A stretch of DNA of 64,000 bases from Candidatus Moraniibacteriota bacterium (lineage in GTDB: Bacteria; Patescibacteriota; Minisyncoccia; Moranbacterales; UBA1568): NCBI GenBank assembly GCA_963743885.1, contig CAVURJ010000002.1, forward strand, positions 241,706 through 305,705. Direction: 5' to 3'. The notes under the pieces were generated by a model. The model did no database searches and was not told the DNA's origin. It saw only the letters and a list, made by a program, of their open reading frames with translations. The position numbers were made by a program, and so were the translations under genes. This document shows, piece after piece, positions 8,211 through 17,838 of the stretch; position 1 is the first letter of the stretch, and every line of letters starts with the position of its first letter.

Positions 8211-9523
8211 TTGTTACTATGAAAAGAAGGATGCTTGAAAAACTGCTCTGTCTGATGGCTCGTGGTGTGCTCTGGAAGTACCATCCGGCCGTAGTCGGCA
8301 TCACTGGTTCGGTGGGCAAGAGCTCGACCAAGGAGGCGATCGCGCTCGTGCTCGCACGCTCGTTTTTTGTGCGCGCGGCTGATGGCAATTATAACAATGA
8401 GATCGGCATTCCGCTTACGATCATCGGCGCGAGAAGCGGCGGTCGCTCGGTTTTCCGTTGGATCGGCATTTTGTGTCGTTGGTTTTTCCTCATGTTCTTT
8501 CCAGCGCGTTATCCAGAGATCCTTGTGCTCGAGATGGGCGTGGATCATCCGGGCGATATGAAGTATCTTCTCGGCTTCATCCCGGTGAAGGTTGGCGTGG
8601 TGACGCAAGTGTCTGGCAGTCATCTGGCGAATTTTGGTTCGATCGCCGGTATCGCGAAGGAGAAAGGTGAGCTGATCGCTGCGTTGCCTGAAGACGGTTT
8701 CGCTATCCTGAACGCTGATGATGCCCGGGTCGCCAAGATGGCCGAGAGGACGAAGGCGAAGGCGGTCACGTACGGTTTCGGTGGTGGTGCCCAGGTGCGC
8801 GCTGATAATATCATCTTTTACAGCGAGGCACGGCGCGTGGAGGGATTTAGCTTCAAGCTCGATTTCGACGGCAAGAGCGTCCCGGTCCGTCTGCCGAAGA
8901 TCGTCGCTCGCCATCATATACCGGCGGCACTTGCTGCGGTCGCGACTGGTCTCACGTTCCGCATGAACCTGGTGGATATTGCATCGGCACTCGAGGCGTT
9001 CGAGCCGCTGCCTGGTCGTCTGCGTCTCTTGCCTGGCCGGAACGACATGACGCTCATAGATGATACATACAATGCTTCGCCGGTCTCGATGCGCGCAGCG
9101 CTCGAAGCGCTCGGTGAGCTTTCTGCTCCTCGCAAGATCGCTGTTTTGGGGGATATGCTCGAGCTCGGTCCGGAAACAGAAAAGGAACATGCAGCGCTCG
9201 CCGATGCCGCAGCTGGGTCGGGAGTATCTCTCGTGGTCCTGGTCGGCCGGCACATGCGTGCGCTCCATGATGCACTTCTTGAGAGTGGGTATGCGCGCAA
9301 ACAATTGCTCTGGATGCCGGATCCGATCGCGGCATCCGAAGCACTGCTCCGGCTTGTCCGTCCCGAGGATCTGATCCTTATCAAGGGATCGCGCGGCATG
9401 CGCATGGAAAAGGTGACGGAGGCGCTCTTCGTCGATCCGGCTGAGGCTCATGATTTCCTTTGCTGCCAGTCTCCAGAGTGGCGGGCGCGGCCGTTCGTTC
9501 CGCCGGCCGAATGGATGGCGTGA
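8207..9523 (+). CDS. murF: UDP-N-acetylmuramoyl-tripeptide--D-alanyl-D-alanine ligase MurF.
   Basis: ATGA start/stop overlap with ftsI at 8207. Mur ligase motifs GITGSVGKSSTKE and DDTYNASP. Confidence 0.9.
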   Translation: MIVTMKRRMLEKLLCLMARGVLWKYHPAVVGITGSVGKSSTKEAIALVLARSFFVRAADGNYNNEIGIPLTIIGARSGGRSVFRWIGILCRWFFLMFFPARYPEILVLEMGVDHPGDMKYLLGFIPVKVGVVTQVSGSHLANFGSIAGIAKEKGELIAALPEDGFAILNADDARVAKMAERTKAKAVTYGFGGGAQVRADNIIFYSEARRVEGFSFKLDFDGKSVPVRLPKIVARHHIPAALAAVATGLTFRMNLVDIASALEAFEPLPGRLRLLPGRNDMTLIDDTYNASPVSMRAALEALGELSAPRKIAVLGDMLELGPETEKEHAALADAAAGSGVSLVVLVGRHMRALHDALLESGYARKQLLWMPDPIAASEALLRLVRPEDLILIKGSRGMRMEKVTEALFVDPAEAHDFLCCQSPEWRARPFVPPAEWMA

Positions 9524-9613
9524 CGTGCTTGCGCCTCGATGGGAAAAGCGGTATCATTTAGGGCGGAGGGGCATGGGCCGCTTCCGAATAAGTCAGCTTA
9601 ATCCGTACGTCTT

Positions 9614-9988
9614 ATGACAGACAATGTAAGGGACCAGGAGTTCATCGAGTACGTCGTGAAGATGCTCGTGGACAATCCTGAGGATGTGAAGGTAGAGCGG
9701 AAGATCGACGAGATGGGAGTACTGATCACGCTCGATGTGAACCAGAAGGATATGGGCATGGTGATTGGCCGCGAGGGCATGACCGCCAAGGCGCTCCGGA
9801 CGCTGCTTCGCGTCATCGGTGCTCGCAACAACGCCCGCGTCAACCTCAAGATCAACGAGCCGGAAGGTTCTGAACGTCCGCCGCGTGCTGAGCGCGCCGA
9901 GCAGCCGCAGCCGCGCATAGAGCACGCTGAGCGCGCTCCAGAAGAGAAGCGCTCGCTTGACGATGTGATGAGTGATATTCAGATCTGA
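9614..9988 (+). CDS. KH-domain RNA-binding protein (YlqC/UPF0109-like) with a charged C-terminal tail.
   Basis: The segment VIGREGMTAKALRTLL carries the GxxG KH signature. Confidence 0.7.
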   Translation: MTDNVRDQEFIEYVVKMLVDNPEDVKVERKIDEMGVLITLDVNQKDMGMVIGREGMTAKALRTLLRVIGARNNARVNLKINEPEGSERPPRAERAEQPQPRIEHAERAPEEKRSLDDVMSDIQI

Positions 9989-10090
9989 TCTCAGATTTTT
10001 ATGGCCGGTCCTTGTAAGGGGCCGGCTTTGCTTTTGCTTTAGCAATATTTTAGAATGGGGGAGAGCTGATCAATTCTGATGGAAAATCAT

Positions 10091-10660
10091 ATGAAGATTG
10101 AAAAGACAATATTGGAAGGCGCGGTGATCGTCGAGCCGGACGTATTTTCAGATGACCGTGGATTTTTTATAGAGACATTCCAGGAGGCGCGGTATCAGGA
10201 ATTGCTCGGGGCCGATGCGCATTTCGTCCAGGATAATCTGTCGTGTTCGAAGAAGGGGGTGCTTCGCGGATTGCACTATCAGGCGCCGCCATTCGAGCAG
10301 GGCAAGCTAGTGCAGGTCTTACGTGGCCGCGTGCTCGATGTAGCAGTGGATATTCGCACCGGTTCGTCGACCTATGGCAAGCATGTGACGGTCGAGCTTT
10401 CTGCTGAGAACAAGAAGCAGTTCTTCATTCCGGCTGGATTCGCGCATGGTTTCATGGCGCTTGAGGATGATACGGTCTTCTTGTACAAGTGCACGAATGT
10501 CTATTCCAAGGAGCATGATCGTGGCATGCGCTGGAACGATCCGGCGATTGGCATCACGTGGCCAGCCATCGAGGGTGCTGAGCCAATCGTTTCATCGAAG
10601 GACGCGGAAGCGCCGCTTCTTACGGATGCTGACAAGTGTTTCGTATTCGGCGATTACTAG
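10091..10660 (+). CDS. rfbC: dTDP-4-dehydrorhamnose 3,5-epimerase.
   Basis: Cupin epimerase motifs DDRGFF, RGLHYQ and AHGF. Confidence 0.9.
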   Translation: MKIEKTILEGAVIVEPDVFSDDRGFFIETFQEARYQELLGADAHFVQDNLSCSKKGVLRGLHYQAPPFEQGKLVQVLRGRVLDVAVDIRTGSSTYGKHVTVELSAENKKQFFIPAGFAHGFMALEDDTVFLYKCTNVYSKEHDRGMRWNDPAIGITWPAIEGAEPIVSSKDAEAPLLTDADKCFVFGDY

Positions 10661-10674
10661 ACACCGCTGTTTTG

Positions 10675-10726
10675 AGCCGCTAGAGGAAGGATGATATACT
10701 TTCTCTAGCGGTTTTTCTTTTTTAAT
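10675..10726 (+). terminator. Rho-independent terminator after rfbC.
   Basis: Stem gccgctagag/ctctagcgg followed by tttttcttttttaa. Confidence 0.7.
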
Positions 10727-10729
10727 TGA

Positions 10730-11133
10730 GTTTGTTTCTTCTCGCCTTCCCACTCGGACCAGCAACCTTCCGGAGAATCATGGTCCCGCCCCGGCGTGGC
10801 GGTCCCATTACCTTCCGTCCTCGCTCTCCGATGCTTCGCATCGGAACCGTGCCCGCTCGGACTCCAGAGTTTCTCCGGAAGATTCTGGCCTCGGGAAAGG
10901 CTTCAAAATGAAGATCCTACAAAATACCAAGGAAGAAACCCGACCCGTGCAAGAATTTTCTCCGTTTGAGCCGACGCTGTCTGAGCGAGCCTTTCTGATC
11001 GGAGGATTTCCCTGCCTACCGGCAGGCAGGCTTTGGTCGTGAAGAGGGAGGGAAATCCTTCGTTCACAGAAAGGCTCGTGAGTTCGGCGGCCTAACGGAA
11101 AAATTGCTTGTTTACGCTGGGCGGGCTTCATCC
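10730..11133. repeat. Family A repeat copy 2, inverted relative to copy 1. The 10870-11133 part matches A-left; 10730-10870 is a divergent module.
   Basis: The reverse complement aligns base for base with 3481-3745 at about 90%, with paired substitutions in stems. Sits between rfbC and rfbB. Confidence 0.6.
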
Positions 11134-11161
11134 TATAATTAATTTATTTGAAATATTGATT

Positions 11162-12163
11162 ATGAAGATTTTAGTCACTGGCGGGGCCGGATTTATCGGC
11201 AGCAATTTCATCCATCATATCCTCGGGACATATCCGGAGGATGAGGTGGTCAATCTCGATGCGCTGACCTATGCGGGCAACCTCGAAAATCTTGCGGCGT
11301 GGAAGGATGATGCGAGGTATCGTTTCGTGAAGGGCAGCATCACGGATGCTGCAGTCGTCGAGCCGCTCGTGGCCGAGTGCGATATCGTGGTGCATTTTGC
11401 GGCTGAGTCGCATGTCGACCGGTCCATCATGGATCCAGGGATCTTTCTCGAGACGAATGTGCGTGGGACGTATACGCTGCTTGAGGCAGCGAGGAAGCAC
11501 GGCAAGCGGTTCCATCATGTCTCGACCGATGAGGTGTTCGGCGCTTTGAAGCCGGAGGACCCGCCGTTCAACGAAGAGACACCGTACGATCCGAGGAGTC
11601 CGTACAGTGCATCCAAGGCCGCCTCAGACCATCTGGTGCGCGCGTATTTCCATACGTACGGATTGCCTATCACGATTTCTAATTGCTCCAATAATTACGG
11701 TCCGTACCATTTCCCGGAAAAGCTCATTCCGCTCGCAATCACCAATCTCATCGAAGGGAAGCAGGTGCCTGTCTATGGCGATGGCGTGCAAGTGCGTGAT
11801 TGGCTTCATGTGTCGGACCATTGCCGGGCGATCGATACGATCATCCGGAAGGGTATGATCGGCGAAACGTACTGCGTGGGTGGGAACGGCGAGCGCGAGA
11901 ATATCTGGATCGTGAAGCAGCTTCTTTCGGCGCTTGGCAAGGATGAGAGCGCGATCGAGTATGTGAAGGATCGGGCGGGGCATGACCGTCGTTATGCGAT
12001 CGACTACGGCAAGATCGAGCGTGAGCTTGGCTGGCATCCGACCGTGACGCTCGAGGAGGGCCTTAAGGATACAGTGACTTGGTTCAAAGAAAATGAAGCC
12101 TGGTGGAAGAGCGTGAAGAGCGGCGAGTATCAGCAGTATTATGAGAAACAATATGGAGCGTAG
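11162..12163 (+). CDS. rfbB: dTDP-glucose 4,6-dehydratase.
   Basis: Starts MKILVTGGAGFIGSNF with the SDR catalytic YSASK motif. Confidence 0.9.
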   Translation: MKILVTGGAGFIGSNFIHHILGTYPEDEVVNLDALTYAGNLENLAAWKDDARYRFVKGSITDAAVVEPLVAECDIVVHFAAESHVDRSIMDPGIFLETNVRGTYTLLEAARKHGKRFHHVSTDEVFGALKPEDPPFNEETPYDPRSPYSASKAASDHLVRAYFHTYGLPITISNCSNNYGPYHFPEKLIPLAITNLIEGKQVPVYGDGVQVRDWLHVSDHCRAIDTIIRKGMIGETYCVGGNGERENIWIVKQLLSALGKDESAIEYVKDRAGHDRRYAIDYGKIERELGWHPTVTLEEGLKDTVTWFKENEAWWKSVKSGEYQQYYEKQYGA

Positions 12164-13016
12164 GAAAGTCTTGATTCTCGGAGCGAAGGGGATGCTGGGG
12201 CAGGAGCTCGTGCGTGTCTATGGCGAGGATGAGGGCTATGAGGTCGCAGGCTGGGACTACGGTGATATCGATGTCACGGATTTCGCGGCGGCCGAGGAGA
12301 AGATCCGCGGCTTCGCACCGTCGGTTATCGTGAATGCGGTCGCCTATAATGCCGTCGACCAGTGTGAGGAGAGCGAGGAGGAATATGCGAAGGCGATGAA
12401 ACTCAATGCTGAGGTTCCGGGATTTCTCGCACGGCTCACGAAGGATCTTGATGCGACGCTCGTTCATTATTCTTCGGACTATATTTTCGATGGGGAAAGC
12501 GAGGAGAGCTATGCGGAAGACGCTCTGCCGCATCCGCTCTCGAAGTACGGCATGAGCAAATGGGAAGGGGAGAAGCGTGTGATCGCCGAAGGTGGGAAGT
12601 ACTATGTCGTCCGCCTCTCCAAGCTCTTCGGCAAGCCGGCGTCATCTGCCACAGGGAAGAAGAGTTTCTTCGAGAAGATGCTTGAGGTTGCTAAGGATAA
12701 GACTGAAGTCACGGTCGTCGATGATGAGAAGAGCTGCTTCACCTATGCGCCGGATCTTGCGCTTGCGACCAAGGTGCTCGAGATGTACCAGAAGCCGTAT
12801 GGTATCTATCATCTGGTCAATGAAGGAGTCGTGACGTGGTATGAGGCAGCCAAGGAGCTTTTCAAGGTCGCTGGCATCGATGTCGCTGTGAAGCCGGTCT
12901 CACCGGATGCTTTTCCGCGGCCTGCCAAGCGCCCGCATTTTTCCGCACTCAAGAACACTAAGTTCGTCGCCCTTCGGCCGTATACTGAGGCACTGGAAGA
13001 ATTCTTGAAGAAATAG
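12153..13016 (+). CDS. rfbD: dTDP-4-dehydrorhamnose reductase.
   Basis: RmlD-like sequence with LILGAKGMLG, HYSSDYIFDG and YGMSK. Overlaps the rfbB end. Confidence 0.85.
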   Translation: MERRKVLILGAKGMLGQELVRVYGEDEGYEVAGWDYGDIDVTDFAAAEEKIRGFAPSVIVNAVAYNAVDQCEESEEEYAKAMKLNAEVPGFLARLTKDLDATLVHYSSDYIFDGESEESYAEDALPHPLSKYGMSKWEGEKRVIAEGGKYYVVRLSKLFGKPASSATGKKSFFEKMLEVAKDKTEVTVVDDEKSCFTYAPDLALATKVLEMYQKPYGIYHLVNEGVVTWYEAAKELFKVAGIDVAVKPVSPDAFPRPAKRPHFSALKNTKFVALRPYTEALEEFLKK

Positions 13017-13029
13017 TTTTTATAAGTGT

Positions 13030-13400
13030 TTTTTTGTTATCTCCTACCCGGAAACTCCCTGTCTGCCGACAGGCAGGTTTTCTCGAGCAAAAGGAAACTC
13101 GAAGGGCTTGTTGTTCTGTATTCCTTCCCCAGTTTCCTTTTTTCATTCCATGGTCCCCAGCGAACATCCCTGACTCGCTCTGTCGAACGGAGGAGCCCCG
13201 CCCGACACGCTTGACGCGAGTCATGCGGGCGGGTGTCCGTTCTGAGGACTGAAGCAGTCCCGAACGCCACGCTCGACCGTTACCGACTCACTCATCGCAT
13301 CCGTGACCGACATCAACCAGAGGAAGAAAAAAGAAATCTGAAGAAGGAATGTCCGATCCGGAAATCGCGTCTCCTGTTAGGCGGGTTTTTTTGTTTTTTA
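13030..13400. repeat. Family A repeat copy 3, inverted. Contains the A-right module plus a variant of the central hairpin of A-left.
   Basis: The reverse complement of 13115-13384 aligns with 3748-3992. It carries an extra 44-nt hairpin insertion (cccgcccg...cgggcggg) and the hairpin cctgtctgccgacaggcagg. Confidence 0.55.
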
Positions 13401-13405
13401 GGAAA

Positions 13406-13470
13406 AAGAAAACGCCCCGGACACCTGTGCGTGTTGCACATGGTATTTGCGGGGCGGTGGTGGGGCTGAC
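13406..13470 (-). terminator. Probable terminator for the minus-strand gene 13474-13884.
   Basis: On the minus strand the stem ccgccccg/cggggcg is followed by ttttctttttcc. Confidence 0.4.
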
Positions 13471-13473
13471 GGA

Positions 13474-13884
13474 TCAGTTGACCTCGGCCAGCTTGTCGGG
13501 GCCGTGGAGGATGATGGTGACGATCTCATTCTCGCTACCGGCGTTTTTTACGGTCCGGAACTTACATTGCCAGTATGAGACCGTAAGAATCGGTAGGCCG
13601 TCCTTTTCGGTACGGATGGCGATCTGTTGTTCGAGTACGGTGCCGACGAGATGTTCTCCGTCGTTCTTGTCGACCAGGAACGCGCGTCGGACTTTCGGCC
13701 GAGAACCATCCTGGGTTTCGCAGAGGAGGAGATCCTTCGGCTGGGCCGACCGGAGCTCTTCCAGGTTCTGCGCCTGGTAGGATGGCGCCTTCGAGACATC
13801 GGCCGGCTTTGCGTACATATAGCCGGCGAGGAGGATGATTGCCGCGAGCATTGCGGAAAAAATCGTAATCAATCGGTTTTGCAC
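13474..13884 (-). CDS. Hypothetical membrane-anchored protein, 136 aa.
   Basis: N-terminal TM segment ITIFSAMLAAIILLAGYMY. No recognisable domain. Confidence 0.5.
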   Translation of the reverse strand: MQNRLITIFSAMLAAIILLAGYMYAKPADVSKAPSYQAQNLEELRSAQPKDLLLCETQDGSRPKVRRAFLVDKNDGEHLVGTVLEQQIAIRTEKDGLPILTVSYWQCKFRTVKNAGSENEIVTIILHGPDKLAEVN

Positions 13885-14063
13885 GGAAAGCTCCTTTCGA
13901 ATCAGGGTTGATTCCGGGTAGGGGTTGTTCAGGTACGATGTATCCAGAATAAATTCTGTAACGTGTATTATACACCTTTCTCGTCATTCTGTCAACTGTG
14001 CGGAAGAGGCGGATTTTTGGTATCATAGAGGCATTGCTAACCCGTGTTTGAGCTACCGATACT

Positions 14064-15305
14064 ATGAAGCACGATATCCTGAAGAAGGCGGATAAGGCGG
14101 TGTATGAGGCGGTGATGGGTGAGGAGAAGCGGCAGGAAGAGGGCTTGGAGATGATTGCTTCTGAGAACTACGTATCCAAGGCGGTGCTTGAGGCGCTTGG
14201 GACGGTCTTTACGAACAAGTATTCCGAAGGATATCCGGGCCGGCGCTACTACGGCGGACAGGAATGGACCGATGTTGTGGAGACGCTCGCGCTTGAACGC
14301 GTGAAGAAGCTCTTCGGCGCGGAGCATGCGAATGTGCAGCCGCACTCGGGCGCGCAGGCCAACCTTGCGGTGTATGCAGCGATCCTTGAGCCAGGGGACA
14401 CGGTGCTCGGCATGGATCTCTCTCATGGCGGTCATCTGACGCATGGGCATCCGGTGACGCTGCCAGCCAAGGTATACGACTTCGTGCGCTATAAGACGGA
14501 GGCTGACGGCACGATTGATTATAAGAAGCTTGAGAAACTGGCGAAAGAAGTGAAGCCGAAGCTGATGCTGGCGGGGTTCTCTTCGTATACCCGGCAGATC
14601 GACTATGCGAAGTTTGCAGCGATTGCGAAGAAAGTCGGTGCGATGACGATGATGGATATGGCACACATCGCCGGGCTGGTCGCAGGCCGTGCACTCCCCA
14701 ATCCGGTCGAGCATTTCGATATTGTGACGGCGACGACTCACAAGACGCTCCGTGGTCCGCGCGGCGGCATGATCCTCTGTCGCGAGGCGTTCGCGAAGGC
14801 GATCGACAAGGCGGTCTTCCCGGGCACACAGGGCGGTCCGCAGATGCATACGATCGCAGCCAAGGCAGTTGCGTTTGGTGAGGCGCTCCGGCCGGACTTC
14901 AAGAAGCATGCCAAGCAGATCTTGAAGAACGCGAAGGTTTTGGAGAAAGAGCTCACGAAGCGTGGGGCAGCGATCCTTTTTGGTGGGACAGAGAATCATA
15001 TGATTGTCGTCGACACGGTGATGAGCTATGGTATCGCTGGCAAGGACGCCGAGCGGTGGCTGGATGAAGCGGGTATTACGATCAATAAGAACGTTATTCC
15101 GGATGATCCGCGCGGGCCATTGGATCCTTCTGGTGTACGTATCGGCGTACCAGCTATCACGACACGTGGATTGAAGGAGCAGGAAGTGAAAGTGATCGCG
15201 GGCTGGATTGATGAGACGTTCCGCTCTGGCGGCAATGCGAAGATCCTTGCGAGTATCAAGAAGGAAGTGAAGGCGATGTGCAAGCAATTTCCTATATATA
15301 AATGA
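14064..15305 (+). CDS. glyA: Serine hydroxymethyltransferase.
   Basis: Canonical SHMT sequence with ASENY, the PLP lysine region TTHKTLRGPRGG and GGHLTHG. Confidence 0.95.
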   Translation: MKHDILKKADKAVYEAVMGEEKRQEEGLEMIASENYVSKAVLEALGTVFTNKYSEGYPGRRYYGGQEWTDVVETLALERVKKLFGAEHANVQPHSGAQANLAVYAAILEPGDTVLGMDLSHGGHLTHGHPVTLPAKVYDFVRYKTEADGTIDYKKLEKLAKEVKPKLMLAGFSSYTRQIDYAKFAAIAKKVGAMTMMDMAHIAGLVAGRALPNPVEHFDIVTATTHKTLRGPRGGMILCREAFAKAIDKAVFPGTQGGPQMHTIAAKAVAFGEALRPDFKKHAKQILKNAKVLEKELTKRGAAILFGGTENHMIVVDTVMSYGIAGKDAERWLDEAGITINKNVIPDDPRGPLDPSGVRIGVPAITTRGLKEQEVKVIAGWIDETFRSGGNAKILASIKKEVKAMCKQFPIYK

Positions 15306-15307
15306 AA

Positions 15308-15390
15308 GCGTAACTGGTAATTAGTAATTTGTAACTGGGAAGATCTCAGTGAACAAATCCCTAGTTACTGATTACGAGTTACTAATTACC
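15308..15390. promoter_or_regulatory. Long imperfect inverted repeat of GTAACTGGTAATTAGTAA-type arms between glyA and rfbA.
   Basis: Left arm gtaactggtaattagtaatttgtaactgg. The right arm is its near reverse complement, cctagttactgattacgagttactaattacc. Confidence 0.3.
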
Positions 15391-15398
15391 GAATGTTT

Positions 15399-16193
15399 AT
15401 GAAAGGCATCATTCTCGCGGGTGGTACGGGGACGAGGCTCCTGCCGCTCACAGCCGTCACTTCGAAGCAGCTTCTGCCGGTCTATGATCGGCCGATGATC
15501 TTCTATCCGCTCAATACGCTCATCCGGGCCGGCATCACGGATATCCTCATCATCGTCGCGCCGGACCATTCGGGGCATTTCCTGAACCTGCTCGGCTCCA
15601 TGTTCCGCAGGTTCGGCATCAATCTCTCGTTCGTGGTACAGAAATCACCGCGGGGACTCGCGGAAGCGTTCATTTTGGCGGAGGACTTCCTCGATGGCGA
15701 GCCGGCGACGCTCATCCTTGGCGACAATATTTTCGAGGATGATTTTGCGGAGGCAATCAAGAGTTTCGAACGGGGCGGCCGCATCTTTGCGAAACAGGTA
15801 GCTGATCCGGAACGGTTTGGTGTGGTGGAATTTGATGCTGATGGCAAGGTACTCTCCATCGAGGAGAAGCCGGCCCAGCCGAAGAGTCAGTTCGCTATCC
15901 CGGGCATCTATATCTTCGATGGTAGTGTCGTCGAGGTAGCCAAGGGTCTCGTACCGTCGGAGCGCGGGGAGCTTGAGATCACGGATCTGCACCGGCACTA
16001 TCTGGAGAAAGGGGTGCTCGATGTGCGCGTCATACAGGGGGCGTACTTCGATACTGGAACGCACGAGTCGCTCTTCGAGGCGAGTGCGTATGTCAGAGAG
16101 CATGACTTCAAGAGTCATTTCGATCCGCGCATCAATGAAGCAATCAGCGAATTTAATGTGGAGTTTAAGAAGATCGTCTCCATAAAAAAGTAG
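15399..16193 (+). CDS. rfbA: Glucose-1-phosphate thymidylyltransferase.
   Basis: Nucleotidyltransferase GIILAGGTGTRL signature and the RmlA sugar-binding region. Confidence 0.9.
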   Translation: MKGIILAGGTGTRLLPLTAVTSKQLLPVYDRPMIFYPLNTLIRAGITDILIIVAPDHSGHFLNLLGSMFRRFGINLSFVVQKSPRGLAEAFILAEDFLDGEPATLILGDNIFEDDFAEAIKSFERGGRIFAKQVADPERFGVVEFDADGKVLSIEEKPAQPKSQFAIPGIYIFDGSVVEVAKGLVPSERGELEITDLHRHYLEKGVLDVRVIQGAYFDTGTHESLFEASAYVREHDFKSHFDPRINEAISEFNVEFKKIVSIKK

Positions 16194-16219
16194 CAGCGTA
16201 ATCGTACAAGGAACATCCT

Positions 16220-17107
16220 ATGCATAATGCAGAGCCGAGGAAAATCAAGAAAGCCATATTGCCGGTCGCGGGTTTCGGGACACGCTTTTTGCCAGCCACT
16301 AAGGCGCAGCCGAAGGAGATGCTGCCGGTCGTCGATAAGCCGGTGGTGCAGTACTTGGTCGAGGAGGCGGTCGCTTCCGGTATCGAGGAGATCATCTTCG
16401 TCACGGGGCGCGGCAAGCGGGCGATCGAGGATCATTTTGATGTCTCGTATGAGCTTGAGGATACGCTCGTCGAGAAGAACAAGCATGACTTGCTTGATCT
16501 CGTGAAGAATATTTCTGGGTTGGCGAAGTTTTCCTATGTGCGTCAGCCGGTGCCACTCGGCGATGGCCACGCACTCCTCCAGGCGGCGCACCTCGTCGAT
16601 GATGATGAAGCGGTGCTCGTGATCTTCGGCGATTGTATTTACGATAGCGCTGTGCCGGCAGCCAAGCAGCTCATCGATGCGTATGAGAAGTATCAGGCGC
16701 CGATTATCGGCCTGACGGAAGTGGAGCGGTCGGAAGTCTCCAAGTTTGGTGTCATCGCGGGCGAGGCGCTCGGGGGCGGCGATTGGAAGATCTCCGGATT
16801 TGTGGAGAAGCCGAAGGCTGAGGAAGCTCCGTCGAATATCGTCGCGCCGGGAAAATATGTCATTACAAATGAAGTTTTCAAGATCCTTGAGGGGATGGAT
16901 TCCGGAAAGTCTGGAGAGATCCGGCTGGCGGATGCGTTTGATACCATGCTTGAGCGTGGTATGCCGCTTTATGGTCATACGCTCGAGGGCGAGTGGCTCG
17001 ATACTGGTGATAAGTTCAATTTCCTCCGTGCGACTATCCATTTCGGTCTCAAGCATCCGGAAGTCGGAGAGAAACTCCGCAACTATCTAAAGGGCTTGTC
17101 TCTCTAA
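16220..17107 (+). CDS. galU: UTP--glucose-1-phosphate uridylyltransferase.
   Basis: AILPVAGFGTRFLPATKAQPKEMLPVVDKP and VEKP motifs. Confidence 0.85.
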   Translation: MHNAEPRKIKKAILPVAGFGTRFLPATKAQPKEMLPVVDKPVVQYLVEEAVASGIEEIIFVTGRGKRAIEDHFDVSYELEDTLVEKNKHDLLDLVKNISGLAKFSYVRQPVPLGDGHALLQAAHLVDDDEAVLVIFGDCIYDSAVPAAKQLIDAYEKYQAPIIGLTEVERSEVSKFGVIAGEALGGGDWKISGFVEKPKAEEAPSNIVAPGKYVITNEVFKILEGMDSGKSGEIRLADAFDTMLERGMPLYGHTLEGEWLDTGDKFNFLRATIHFGLKHPEVGEKLRNYLKGLSL

Positions 17108-17142
17108 GCGATTCTTCCGGGGCCTCATTAAGGAACAGCGAT

Positions 17143-17838
17143 ATGTATTGGATTTATCTCTCCATCTTCGTGCTTGCGGTTCTTACCCCAGAGATCATCC
17201 AGGATGGCCAGTTTTATCTGAGCGAGGAAGATCTCGAATCGTTGCTCGTTCTCCTCTTCGGCACGTTCGGTATCGCTGTGTATTTCATCAAGGAAAAGGC
17301 CATCATCAGGCTTTTCCGCGATCGGTTGCGCCTCCAGAAGCAGGCAAATGTTATCACGAAGGATCTTTCCGATTCGTATTCTTATATCGGTGAGATGAAC
17401 CGTCGCTTCGATATCGTGCGCGATCTTATTTTTCGTCTGCCAGAGGAGACGGTGACTGCGCTTTCGGAAAAAAAAGGCGGGCGGCAGTCGGACATTCTTT
17501 ATGAGCCTATCATCGAAGCTGTTCGCCTTCTCTCCAGGGCCGAATCAGTATCGATACTCTTTTCTGACATTATGGATGGACACGTTATCCGGAGAATCGA
17601 TGATGGCCCAGGCGCATCAGAGATTCGCTTTTTTGGTAGTAAAAAGACATTTTCTGAGGATGGCGGGTATGTTTTAGTATGCGCGCGCGGACACGCTTGT
17701 GGAACTATGGTTTCTATCGCTTTTCCGAAGACCGCCAATCGCATCGAAGATGCCGATGTTTTCCGGATGGTCGCTTCGGAAGCGCTTTCGCTTTATTGCA
17801 TCGAGCAGAGGGTAACCAGCGAACATGCGAAGCGATGA
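17143..17838 (+). CDS. Hypothetical membrane protein, 231 aa.
   Basis: Two N-terminal TM helices. ATGA overlap with the downstream glycosyltransferase. Confidence 0.5.
   Translation: MYWIYLSIFVLAVLTPEIIQDGQFYLSEEDLESLLVLLFGTFGIAVYFIKEKAIIRLFRDRLRLQKQANVITKDLSDSYSYIGEMNRRFDIVRDLIFRLPEETVTALSEKKGGRQSDILYEPIIEAVRLLSRAESVSILFSDIMDGHVIRRIDDGPGASEIRFFGSKKTFSEDGGYVLVCARGHACGTMVSIAFPKTANRIEDADVFRMVASEALSLYCIEQRVTSEHAKR

Noticed and set aside
8042-9451. 469-aa minus-strand ORF
   Set aside because: Entirely antisense to the well-supported murF. Arg/His-rich low-complexity translation.
14037-15287. 416-aa minus-strand ORF
   Set aside because: Antisense to glyA, which has unmistakable SHMT motifs.
16115-17056. 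313-aa minus-strand ORF
   Set aside because: Antisense to galU. No domain.
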